From: an uncultured Prevotellaceae bacterium
GTDB taxonomy: Bacteria > Bacteroidota > Bacteroidia > Bacteroidales > Bacteroidaceae
DNA: 64,000 nucleotides
Assembly (NCBI GenBank): GCA_902767775.1
Contig: CACXIP010000010.1
Span: forward strand, 29,662 to 93,661
Direction: 5' to 3'
Shown here: in pieces, positions 53,698 to 62,151 of the stretch
Layout: each line of letters starts with the position of its first letter
Numbering within the stretch: the stretch's first letter is position 1
The notes under the pieces: generated by a model
The model's input: only the letters and a program-made list of their open reading frames with translations
Told to the model about the DNA's origin: nothing
Databases searched by the model: none
Program-made: the position numbers and the translations under genes

Positions 53698-54564
53698 TTA
53701 GGCTCCTTTCTTTCTCATTCCATACACCATGCAGCCCACACCGAGAATGACGAAGGGGATGCTGAGCAACTGTCCCATATCAAGGGGCAGGGAGTTCTCG
53801 AAGTCCACCTGATTGATTTTGGTGAACTCGATGAAGAAACGGGCGGTGAAAATCAGTGTCAGGCAGAGACCGAAGAAGAAGCCCGTGCCCACCTTCTCGG
53901 GACGGCGGCGGTAGAACCACCATCCGATAAAGAAGAAGATGAAATAGGCGATTGCCTCATACAACTGTCCGGGATGACGTGGCTCCGGTCCCACACGCTC
54001 AAAAATGAACGCCCAAGGCACGTCGGTCACCTTACCGATGATTTCTGAATTCATCAGGTTGCCCAAACGGATGAAGCAGGCGGTGACGGGGGTGGCAATG
54101 GCGATGTTGTCGAGCACCTGCCATAGTCCAACCTTTGTCCTCCGACAGTACAGCCAAAGGGCAATCATCAGGCCCAACGTTCCTCCATGTGAGGCAAGTC
54201 CCTCATAACCAGTGAATTTCCATGAACCATCCAACATCTTGTGGATGGGCAGGAACATCTCGATGATATGGGTGCCGCTGCTCAGAAAATAGCCAGGTTC
54301 ATAAAACAGGCAGTGACCGAGACGTGCTCCGATAAGGATGCCGAGGAAACAGTAGATGAACAACGGGTCGAACAACTCGTCCTTGATTTTCTGCTCCTTG
54401 TAAAGTTTCTTTACAATTATATATGCCAGCAGCAATCCCACCAGCCAGCACAGTGAGTACCACCTGAATGAAAACCACCAAATGCTGAATGCTATCTCAT
54501 TGGGATTCCAATTGATATATAATGGATGAAGGATGAAGGATGAAAGATGAAGGTTTAATACCAT
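53698..54564 (-). CDS. lgt: Prolipoprotein diacylglyceryl transferase
   Basis: Lgt blocks are present: [46 protein letters not shown] and a polytopic profile. The only in-frame ATG (54564) and the first ~15 codons ([15 protein letters not shown]) lie inside the GATGAAR repeat array. Confidence 0.88.
   Translation of the reverse strand: MVLNLHLSSFILHPLYINWNPNEIAFSIWWFSFRWYSLCWLVGLLLAYIIVKKLYKEQKIKDELFDPLFIYCFLGILIGARLGHCLFYEPGYFLSSGTHIIEMFLPIHKMLDGSWKFTGYEGLASHGGTLGLMIALWLYCRRTKVGLWQVLDNIAIATPVTACFIRLGNLMNSEIIGKVTDVPWAFIFERVGPEPRHPGQLYEAIAYFIFFFIGWWFYRRRPEKVGTGFFFGLCLTLIFTARFFIEFTKINQVDFENSLPLDMGQLLSIPFVILGVGCMVYGMRKKGA
54523..54553. repeat. (GATGAAR)n array, left flank of the four-helix-bundle cassette
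   Basis: tggatgaaggatgaaggatgaaagatgaagg is inverted relative to the array at 55034-55063. Confidence 0.9.
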
Positions 54565-54595
54565 AACTTCTTAAAAATCTATATATTTTTCGTTT

Positions 54596-54976
54596 TTATT
54601 TCAGGAAAGAATCCCCATTGTTTAAAATTGACGAACGCAGACGAGAGAGTTGTTTGGATATAAGAATCAATTGAGCTTCTGCTTCTTGAAATTCTTCTTC
54701 ATTGATATAATGCTCATCTAAAGCTATTTCCAATTCGCAAAGAACCTCTGTGGATGAACCAAAAGCAATTTCTATAAAATGTGCTTTTTCTTTTGCAGAA
54801 AAACGGCCGAAACCCTCCGCTATATTGATTGGTATTGACATCACTGCTCTGCGCAATTGGCTGCATAAATCAAACCTCTCTTCAATTGGAAACTTTTTTA
54901 TTAAAGAACATACATAACGGGAAAGTTTTTTGGCATTCTGATATACTTCCAATTTTCTAAAATAAAATGCATCCAT
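54596..54976 (-). CDS. Four-helix-bundle protein (23S rRNA intervening-sequence protein / Avd-like family)
   Basis: 126 aa. The family pattern is F..L.VYQ.A..L...VY......P..ERF.L..QLRRA..SI..NIAEG..R.S.KE...F...A.GS..E. Hand counts on two 60-nt samples give 24/60 and 18/60 G+C, clearly below the neighbouring genes. Confidence 0.8.
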   Translation of the reverse strand: MDAFYFRKLEVYQNAKKLSRYVCSLIKKFPIEERFDLCSQLRRAVMSIPINIAEGFGRFSAKEKAHFIEIAFGSSTEVLCELEIALDEHYINEEEFQEAEAQLILISKQLSRLRSSILNNGDSFLK

Positions 54977-55033
54977 ATTATCTGCTATATTCTGAAAAAA
55001 GATATATCAACTGTTGTAGCACATTCAAATAAA

Positions 55034-55063
55034 CTTTCATCTTTCATCCTTCATCTTTCATCC
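55034..55063. repeat. (GATGAAR)n array in inverted orientation, right flank of the four-helix-bundle cassette
   Basis: ctttcatctttcatccttcatctttcatcc is the reverse complement of ggatgaaagatgaaggatgaaagatgaaag. Confidence 0.9.
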
Positions 55064-55065
55064 AC

Positions 55066-55098
55066 GATTCAATGTTTGAGAGACTCAAACATTGAATC
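55066..55098 (-). terminator. Perfect 15-bp hairpin overlapping the ychF stop codon
   Basis: GATTCAATGTTTGAG-AGA-CTCAAACATTGAATC. One arm encodes the last codons (RFNV*) of ychF. There is no U-tract. Confidence 0.5.
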
Positions 55099-56185
55099 TA
55101 AAATGCATAATATCGCCGTCCTGAACGACATAGTCCTTGCCTTCGATGCCAAGTTTGCCAGCTTCGCGGACAGCCGCCTCCGAACCGTATTGGATGTAGT
55201 CCTCATACTTGATTACCTCGGCACGGATGAACCCTTTCTCAAAGTCGGTGTGGATAACACCAGCGCACTGAGGTGCTTTCCAACCGCGATGGAAGGTCCA
55301 TGCCTTCACCTCCATCGGACCGGCAGTGATAAACGTCTCGAGGTTGAGCAGGGAATAAGCCTTCTTGGTGAGACGGTTGACGCCACTCTCCTCAAGACCC
55401 AGTTCATCGAGGAAAAGTTGCTTGTCCTCATAACTCTCAAAACTGGCGATATCTTCCTCAGTCTTGGCGGCGATGATGAGCACCTCGGCACCCTCCTCAC
55501 GAGCCACTTCCTCCACACGCCGCGAATACTCGTTGCCATCGCGTGCAGCCGACTCATCGACGTTGCAGACATACAGCACCGGTTTGGCGGTTAACAGGAA
55601 GAGATCGTGTGCCACCTGCTGCTCCTCACGGCTGTCGAAACTCACCACACGGGCGTTCTGGCCACGCTCCAGCACAGCTTTATAAGCCTCCAACACAGAA
55701 ACTTCTATCTTGGCATCCTTGTTGCCGGCAGAAGCAGCTTTCTGCTGCTTCGCTATACGCCCCTCGATGGTCTCCAAGTCTTTGAGCTGCAACTCAGTAT
55801 CAATGATTTCCTTGTCGCGGATGGGGTCGATGGTACCGTCGACATGAGTGATGTTGTCATCATCGAAACAACGGAGCACATGGATGATAGCGTCGGTCTC
55901 GCGGATGTTGCCGAGGAACTTGTTGCCCAAGCCCTCTCCTTTCGACGCACCCTTCACCAGTCCTGCAATATCGACAATCTCACAGGTGGCGGGGACGATA
56001 CGCCCAGGATGTACCAGTTCGGCCAACTTGGTGAGGCGCTCGTCAGGCACCGTGATGACGCCCACATTGGGCTCTATCGTACAGAAAGGAAAATTAGCTG
56101 CCTGTGCCTTAGCACTCGACAGGCAGTTGAACAAGGTGGACTTACCGACATTGGGCAGTCCCACAATTCCACATTTTAATGCCAT
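55085..56185 (-). CDS. ychF: Ribosome-binding ATPase YchF
   Basis: 366 aa. The P-loop is GIVGLPNVGKSTLFN. YchF blocks are present: FPFCTIEPN, VDIAGLVKGAS, LRCF and the C-terminal TGS-like domain (RAWTFHRGWKAPQCAGVIHTDFEKGFIRAEV). Confidence 0.97.
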   Translation of the reverse strand: MALKCGIVGLPNVGKSTLFNCLSSAKAQAANFPFCTIEPNVGVITVPDERLTKLAELVHPGRIVPATCEIVDIAGLVKGASKGEGLGNKFLGNIRETDAIIHVLRCFDDDNITHVDGTIDPIRDKEIIDTELQLKDLETIEGRIAKQQKAASAGNKDAKIEVSVLEAYKAVLERGQNARVVSFDSREEQQVAHDLFLLTAKPVLYVCNVDESAARDGNEYSRRVEEVAREEGAEVLIIAAKTEEDIASFESYEDKQLFLDELGLEESGVNRLTKKAYSLLNLETFITAGPMEVKAWTFHRGWKAPQCAGVIHTDFEKGFIRAEVIKYEDYIQYGSEAAVREAGKLGIEGKDYVVQDGDIMHFRFNV

Positions 56186-56344
56186 AATATGATGTAAATG
56201 TTTGTATTTGCGACAGCAAAGTGATTGTTTGTAATTGAGAAAGCAAAGTTAGTGCAAAAATCCGATTAAGCGAGCAAAATGCAAAACTTTTTGCTTCCTT
56301 TCTACTCGTCTTTGCCGATTTCCATGGCACAAGCATTGCCCTAT

Positions 56345-59110
56345 TCAGTGTGCCTCGAGCCAGTTGTTGCCCCAGCCGGCGTCAGCGAGGAGAGGGACAC
56401 AGAGAGGATAGGCGGCCTCCATCTCATGGAGGACAATCTCCTCTACCCTACCCTTCTCTTCTGGAACGACGCTGAAATTCAGTTCGTCGTGCACCTGAAG
56501 AATCATCTTGGAGCGCAACTTTTCCTCGCGGAAACGGTTATATATACGGATCATCGCCACCTTGATGATATCAGCAGCGGAACCCTGTATAGGTGCGTTG
56601 ATGGCATTGCGCTCTGCGAAGCCCCGTACGGTGGCATTGCGGCTGTTGATGTCGGGCAGATAGCGGCGGCGGTGGAAGAAGGTCTCCACATAGCCTTGTT
56701 CGCGGGCTTTCTGCTTGCTCTCCTCCATATATTCCCGCACCTTGGGGAAAGTCTCAAAATAGCCGTCGATGAGCTGGCGCGCCTCGGCACGCTCTATTTC
56801 CAACCGCTCCGCCAGTCCGAAGACGGTGATGCCATAGATGATGCCGAAGTTGGCACGCTTCGCCTTGTTGCGCTCATCGCGGCCCACCTCCGTGATGTCC
56901 TTGCCATAGATTTTCGCTGCCGTGGCGGCATGGATGTCATGACCCTCGCGGAATGCCTCTATCATGTTTTCATCACCGCTGAGATGAGCCATGACACGCA
57001 GTTCTATCTGACTGTAGTCGGCAGAGAAGAACAGGCAGCCCTCGTCAGGGATGAACGCCTTTCGGATTTCCTTTCCGTCCTCACCTCTTACGGGGATGTT
57101 CTGCAGGTTGGGGTCGCTTGATGAGAGGCGGCCTGTGGCGGTGATGGTCTGATTGAATGAGGTGTGTATATGTCCTGTCTTAGGATTGATCAATGTGGGC
57201 AGCGTGTCCACATACGTACCGAGCAGTTTTTTAAGTCCGCGGTGAGCAAGTATCTTCTCCACTATCTCGTGCTTGCCCTTCAAGGTCTGCAACACCTCCT
57301 CAGAGGTGACATACTGTCCTGTCTTGGTCTTTTTGGGTTTCTCTATGATATGGAGTTTGCCAAACAGAATGTCACCTACCTGGCGCGGCGAGGCGATATT
57401 AAACTCCTCCCCAGCCAGTTCGTAGATTCGTTGCTCGAGTTCGTGCATGCGCTCTGTGAAAACACGTGATGTTTCCGCCAAGGAGTCGGTGTCGATGCGC
57501 ACACCTGTTCGCTCCATGTCGACCAGCACCCTGACGAGCGGCATCTCTATGTCGTAGAACAGTTGTTCGGCTCCTACTTCTTTGAGCAGCGGTTCCAGTT
57601 TGTTTTTCAGTTGAAGTGTGATGTCGGCATCCTCGGCAGCATATTCATACACCTCTTTGGGCGACAGGTCACGCATACTCTTCTGGCTTTTTCCCCTCGG
57701 ACCTATCAGTTCATCGATATGGATGGTCTTGTAGTTGAGGTATGCCTCAGCCATGATGTCCATGTTGTGACGCAACTCAGGCTGGATGAGATAATGCGCA
57801 ATCATGGTGTCCCACAGACTACCCTGAAGTTCGATGCCGTAGTTGGCGAGCACCTGCATGTCGTACTTGATGTTCTGTCCCACCTTGAGAATGTCGGGAT
57901 GTTCATACACCGGACGGAAAATCTCGACTACTTGCTGAGCCTCTGTCCTGTCTTCTGGCACCGGAACATAAAATGCCTGATGTTCTTTCACTGAAAAGCT
58001 CAATCCCACCAGTTCTGCCTCGATGGGAGACGTGGAAGTTGTTTCCGTGTCTAAACTTAAAATTTTGTTTGTCAATAAAAAATCACGCAATTTTAAGATA
58101 TCATCCTTATTTTCAATAAGTTGATAATCGTGAGTAACTGTTTTTAGGCTCTCAAAACTCGAATTTTCGCCACCTTCCGCCCCGTCGGTCGGAAATTCGC
58201 CAAATAAATCGAGTTGTAGAGGGACATTTTTAACAGTTTTTGGCACTTTGGGGAGGAACTTGTCGGTGAGCGAACGAAACTCCAGTTCCTCAAAGATTGC
58301 CCTAAGTTTTTTCTCATCGGGGTCGGTCAGCAACAAATCGGAAAGACGGAGTTCGACAGGAACATCCGTTTTGATGGTCGCGAGGAATTTCGACATACGG
58401 ATATCATCGACATGCTCCTCCACCTTTTTTCTCAGCGCACCCTTCAACTGGTCGGTATGGTTGAGCAGATTTTCCACCGAACCAAACTCACCTATCAGTT
58501 TGACAGCTGTCTTCTCCCCCACCCCAGGACATCCGGGGAAATTGTCGGCGGAGTCACCCATCAACGCCAACAAGTCAATTACCTGAAGGGGATTGCTGAT
58601 ACCGTATTTCTCAAGTATCTCCCCTACCCCAAGCACTTCATAACCACCGCCGAAACGAGGACGGTAAATACGTACTGTGGGACGGACCAACTGTCCATAG
58701 TCCTTGTCGGGCGTGAGCATATAAGTCTCTACCCCCTGTCCTTCAGACTGCATGGCCAAGGTGCCGATGACATCGTCTGCCTCAAAGCCTTCCACCATCA
58801 ATGCTGGTATTTTCAGTGCTTCCAGCACTCGTCGGATGATGGGCACCGAAAGCAAGATATCTTCCGGTGTCTTCTCGCGCTGCGCCTTGTACTCAGGGAA
58901 TGCCTCACTGCGGAATGTAGGTCCATGAGGATCAAAAGCCACTCCGATATATTTCGGTTTCTCCTTGCTGAGAATCTCATGCAGGGTATTGCAAAAGCCC
59001 AAAATGGCAGATGTATTCAAACCCTTGGAGTTGATTCGTGGATTCTTGATGAAGGCGTAATACGAGCGATAAATCAATGCATAGGCATCGAGCAGAAATA
59101 ACTTGTCCAT
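56345..59110 (-). CDS. polA: DNA polymerase I
   Basis: The start is MDKLFLLDAYALIYRSYYAF (5'-3' exonuclease domain). The 3'-5' exonuclease region has LSLDTETTS. The polymerase motifs are DYSQIELRV (A), RNKAKRANFGIIYG (B) and QVHDEL (C). Confidence 0.98.
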   Translation of the reverse strand: MDKLFLLDAYALIYRSYYAFIKNPRINSKGLNTSAILGFCNTLHEILSKEKPKYIGVAFDPHGPTFRSEAFPEYKAQREKTPEDILLSVPIIRRVLEALKIPALMVEGFEADDVIGTLAMQSEGQGVETYMLTPDKDYGQLVRPTVRIYRPRFGGGYEVLGVGEILEKYGISNPLQVIDLLALMGDSADNFPGCPGVGEKTAVKLIGEFGSVENLLNHTDQLKGALRKKVEEHVDDIRMSKFLATIKTDVPVELRLSDLLLTDPDEKKLRAIFEELEFRSLTDKFLPKVPKTVKNVPLQLDLFGEFPTDGAEGGENSSFESLKTVTHDYQLIENKDDILKLRDFLLTNKILSLDTETTSTSPIEAELVGLSFSVKEHQAFYVPVPEDRTEAQQVVEIFRPVYEHPDILKVGQNIKYDMQVLANYGIELQGSLWDTMIAHYLIQPELRHNMDIMAEAYLNYKTIHIDELIGPRGKSQKSMRDLSPKEVYEYAAEDADITLQLKNKLEPLLKEVGAEQLFYDIEMPLVRVLVDMERTGVRIDTDSLAETSRVFTERMHELEQRIYELAGEEFNIASPRQVGDILFGKLHIIEKPKKTKTGQYVTSEEVLQTLKGKHEIVEKILAHRGLKKLLGTYVDTLPTLINPKTGHIHTSFNQTITATGRLSSSDPNLQNIPVRGEDGKEIRKAFIPDEGCLFFSADYSQIELRVMAHLSGDENMIEAFREGHDIHAATAAKIYGKDITEVGRDERNKAKRANFGIIYGITVFGLAERLEIERAEARQLIDGYFETFPKVREYMEESKQKAREQGYVETFFHRRRYLPDINSRNATVRGFAERNAINAPIQGSAADIIKVAMIRIYNRFREEKLRSKMILQVHDELNFSVVPEEKGRVEEIVLHEMEAAYPLCVPLLADAGWGNNWLEAH

Positions 59111-59195
59111 AAGTGTTGATTTTTTCTGTGTAAAATTACTATTTTTTTTATTAATTACGAGAAAAATGAGTAATTTTGTCTCAAATTTCAACACA

Positions 59196-60173
59196 ATGGA
59201 TCATCTAACATCGATTAGACAACCAATAGAATCCGAATTGGCTGAGTTTGTCAGGCTCTTCGATGAGTCACTCTCACACACCGACGGACTGCTCAGCGAC
59301 ACCCTGCAGCATATTCGCAAAAGGGGTGGCAAGCGCATGCGCCCTATCCTCACCCTGCTTATGGCGAAGAACCTCGGTGAAATCAACCTAACGACACAAT
59401 ATGCCGCCGTGGGACTCGAACTGCTCCATACTGCCAGTTTGGTTCATGACGATGTGGTGGATGAGAGCGGAGAGCGGCGCGGACAGCCATCGGTAAACGC
59501 TTCATTCAACAACAAGGTAGCGGTGCTTGTAGGTGACTATATCCTCTCCACAGCCCTCTATTATGTCTCCAGAACAGGAAATACGCAGATTATCACAAGC
59601 CTGGCACAGTTGGGACAAACTCTGTCGAGTGGTGAACTACTTCAGATGAACAACTTCAAGGATGAGGGAATATCAGAAGAGGTGTATTATCAAGTCATCA
59701 ACAAGAAAACCGCCTCTCTCTTCGCCACATGCGCACAAAACGGTGCACTCTCCGTGGGAGCATCAACAGAAGAAGTAAAGGCAGCGTTTGACTTCGGTTT
59801 GGCGATAGGAATGATTTTCCAGATACGCGACGATATCTTTGACTATTTCGATTCCAAGGAAATCGGAAAGCCCACCGGCAATGATATGGCAGAGGGAAAA
59901 CTGACACTACCCGTCATCTATGCGCTGAAAAATGCGGGGTATGAGTCGATGTACCGTCTCGCCAAGAAGGTGAAGAACGGCACTATCAACAGCGATGAGA
60001 TTGCTGTTCTTGTTGACTTCGCCAAGGTGAATGGCGGCATCGAATATGCCGAGAAAAGAATGAATGACTTCAGTGAGCAAGCGAAAAAATACATCGATTT
60101 TCACGTGAAACAATCTGATATCCGTGATGCCCTCACACATTATTTGGAGTTTGTAGCATTACGAAAAAACTGA
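59196..60173 (+). CDS. Polyprenyl (octaprenyl-type) diphosphate synthase
   Basis: The start is MDHLTSIRQPIESEL. It has the first DDxxD in LLHTASLVHDDVVDE and the second in FQIRDDIFDY, plus GKRMRP. A candidate -7 box TAATTTTG lies at 59171-59178. Confidence 0.9.
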   Translation: MDHLTSIRQPIESELAEFVRLFDESLSHTDGLLSDTLQHIRKRGGKRMRPILTLLMAKNLGEINLTTQYAAVGLELLHTASLVHDDVVDESGERRGQPSVNASFNNKVAVLVGDYILSTALYYVSRTGNTQIITSLAQLGQTLSSGELLQMNNFKDEGISEEVYYQVINKKTASLFATCAQNGALSVGASTEEVKAAFDFGLAIGMIFQIRDDIFDYFDSKEIGKPTGNDMAEGKLTLPVIYALKNAGYESMYRLAKKVKNGTINSDEIAVLVDFAKVNGGIEYAEKRMNDFSEQAKKYIDFHVKQSDIRDALTHYLEFVALRKN

Positions 60174-60198
60174 ATTTTAGTTCATAATTGGCACAAAT

Positions 60199-60232
60199 AA
60201 AATCGCCACAGTTTTTAGACTGTGGCGATTTT
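60199..60232. terminator. Bidirectional terminator hairpin between convergent genes
   Basis: AAAATCGCCACAG-loop8-CTGTGGCGATTTT forms a perfect 13-bp stem with A/T runs on both sides. It lies between the stop at 60173 (+) and the stop at 60252 (-). Confidence 0.8.
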
Positions 60233-60251
60233 CATTTGTGAGAAGTAGATA

Positions 60252-61160
60252 TTAGAAGAATTTCACTTCCTCACCAGTAACCTCACTGAGGAGCAAATTA
60301 GCAAGGCGGCTTGTGCCCAAGCGGAACCACTTGTTGGTAAGCCATTGCTCGCCCAGAATCTCCTTGACGATGGTGTAGTAGATCAAGGCATCGGTGACCG
60401 TATTGATGCCGCCAGCGGGCTTGAAACCAATCTGAATACCTGTCTCATCATAATACTCCTTAATGGCTTGGCACATCACGTATGCTGCCTCAGGCGTGGC
60501 TGCCGGACTCAGTTTGCCTGTTGAAGTCTTGATGTAGTCGGCACCGGCATACATGGAGAGGATAGAGGCTTTCTTGATGTTGGATGCGGTCTTCAGACAG
60601 CCTGTCTCAAGAATTACCTTCATCGCCTTATCGCCACAAGCTCCCTTCATCTCAGAGATGTCGTCGCATACGCCCTCGTAGTCGCCACTCAGGAACTTGC
60701 CCACGGGCATCACGATGTCGATTTCGGTGGCACCGTCCTTCACAGCAAGGGCTGTTTCTGCCACTTTGACCTCAATAAGGGCCTGAGAGGAGGGGAAACT
60801 GCCCGACACACAAGCAATCTCCACACCCTCGACATCCAATGTGTTGCTCACCACACTGGCGAAACATGGATAGACGCAGATGGTGGCAACGTGGGGTAGG
60901 TTAGGGTAGGCATCGTCAAACTGGTTGACCTTCTCCGTAAACGCCATAATGCTTTGGTCGGAGTCAGTTGTACTGAGTGAGGTAAGTTCCACACTTCCCA
61001 TGAGGAATTTCTTTATCTCCAGAGTGTCATTCTCCGGCACTTTTTCCTCAATGAGTTTCTTCACAGCCTCTGCTACCTCCTGATCGCTGAGGTTACAGTT
61101 GTATTTCTGCAATACTTCTTCATATTTGCTCACTGGAGCACCTATTTTTTTCAGTTCCAT
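60252..61160 (-). CDS. deoC: Deoxyribose-phosphate aldolase (long form)
   Basis: 302 aa. DeoC blocks are present: ATICVYP, EIDIVMP, KVILETG and the Schiff-base lysine context ADYIKTSTGK. Confidence 0.85.
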   Translation of the reverse strand: MELKKIGAPVSKYEEVLQKYNCNLSDQEVAEAVKKLIEEKVPENDTLEIKKFLMGSVELTSLSTTDSDQSIMAFTEKVNQFDDAYPNLPHVATICVYPCFASVVSNTLDVEGVEIACVSGSFPSSQALIEVKVAETALAVKDGATEIDIVMPVGKFLSGDYEGVCDDISEMKGACGDKAMKVILETGCLKTASNIKKASILSMYAGADYIKTSTGKLSPAATPEAAYVMCQAIKEYYDETGIQIGFKPAGGINTVTDALIYYTIVKEILGEQWLTNKWFRLGTSRLANLLLSEVTGEEVKFF

Positions 61161-61203
61161 AAATATAGGATTTAAGTGATATAATAAAAATGTTGCAATT
61201 GTT

Positions 61204-61545
61204 TTAAGCTTTCAGTTTGGGATTGGCGATATGCCGCAGACTATCCCTATTGGTCTTTTTCTCCATTGTCTTATGGAATTCCTCGGTGAGGTTGACTCCC
61301 GTCTGGTTGGCGAGGCAAACCAATACAAAGAGTACGTCGGCCATTTCCTCACCAAGGTTTGCGCGTTCTCCAGCCTTGAAACTCTGGTCTCCATATTGCC
61401 GTGCCATCACACGTGCCAATTCACCGACCTCCTCGGTCAGACACGCCATATTGGTGAGTTCGGAGAAATACCTTACTCCATATTCTTTGACCCATTGGTC
61501 GACTGTTCGCTGCATATCGCGTATGGTCAAATCATTTGCGCTCAT
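61204..61545 (-). CDS. MazG-like nucleotide pyrophosphohydrolase
   Basis: 113 aa. It has the EEVGELARV and LGEEMADVLFVLVCLAN (EExxE/D) motifs. Confidence 0.8.
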   Translation of the reverse strand: MSANDLTIRDMQRTVDQWVKEYGVRYFSELTNMACLTEEVGELARVMARQYGDQSFKAGERANLGEEMADVLFVLVCLANQTGVNLTEEFHKTMEKKTNRDSLRHIANPKLKA

Positions 61546-61547
61546 AG

Positions 61548-62000
61548 TTATTCCTTGTTTTTTGTATCCATACAGATGGTTACCGGACCATCGTTGACGA
61601 GTTCTACCTTCATATCCGCTCCAAACTCACCAGTTGCGACGGGCTTACCGAGGGCTGCTGAGAGGCGTTCGCAGAACTGTTCGTAGAGCGGGATGGCTAC
61701 AGTAGGGTGGGAGGCCTTTATCCATGACGGACGGTTGCCTTTTTTGTAGGAAGCATAGAGGGTGAACTGGCTGACCACCATTATATCGCCGTTGATATCC
61801 ATCACCGAACGGTTCATCACACCATTTTCATCATCAAAGACTCTCAACATGACAACCTTTCTCACCAACCAATCAATATCCTCTTGTGTATCCTCATCGC
61901 AGATGCCTATGAGAATAAGCAGACCGCATCCTATTTGCGACTTTACCTGTCCTTCGATAGTCACTGATGCATGTGATGCTCTTTGAATAACAAGTCTCAT
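61548..62000 (-). CDS. dtd: D-aminoacyl-tRNA deacylase
   Basis: 150 aa. It has MRLVIQRASHASVTIEG, GLLILIGI, VSQFTLYA, KGNRPS and the C-terminal GPVTI. Confidence 0.95.
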   Translation of the reverse strand: MRLVIQRASHASVTIEGQVKSQIGCGLLILIGICDEDTQEDIDWLVRKVVMLRVFDDENGVMNRSVMDINGDIMVVSQFTLYASYKKGNRPSWIKASHPTVAIPLYEQFCERLSAALGKPVATGEFGADMKVELVNDGPVTICMDTKNKE

Positions 62001-62006
62001 CTGATT

Positions 62007-62052
62007 TTTGAGGTTTGAGGTTTGAAATTTGAGATTTGAGGTTTGAGGTTTA
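62007..62052. repeat. Heptamer array (GAGGTTT/GAGATTT/GAAATTT)n immediately 5' of the dtd start codon
   Basis: tttgaggtttgaggtttgaaatttgagatttgaggtttgaggttta belongs to the same family as 9337-9410. Confidence 0.9.
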
Positions 62053-62151
62053 AGCTTCGCTTGGTTGTCGGCTGCACCTCAGCATACTGAAAGCAAAATT
62101 AGCAAAAAGTTGCTGTAAAACAAAGGATTTGAGGAAAAATCTCTGAAAAAA

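Noticed and set aside
54596-54976. The four-helix-bundle gene considered as the Avd component of a diversity-generating retroelement.
   Set aside because: No reverse transcriptase ORF and no template/variable repeat pair are visible anywhere in the window. The gene is flanked by housekeeping lgt and ychF. I kept it only as an orphan cassette.
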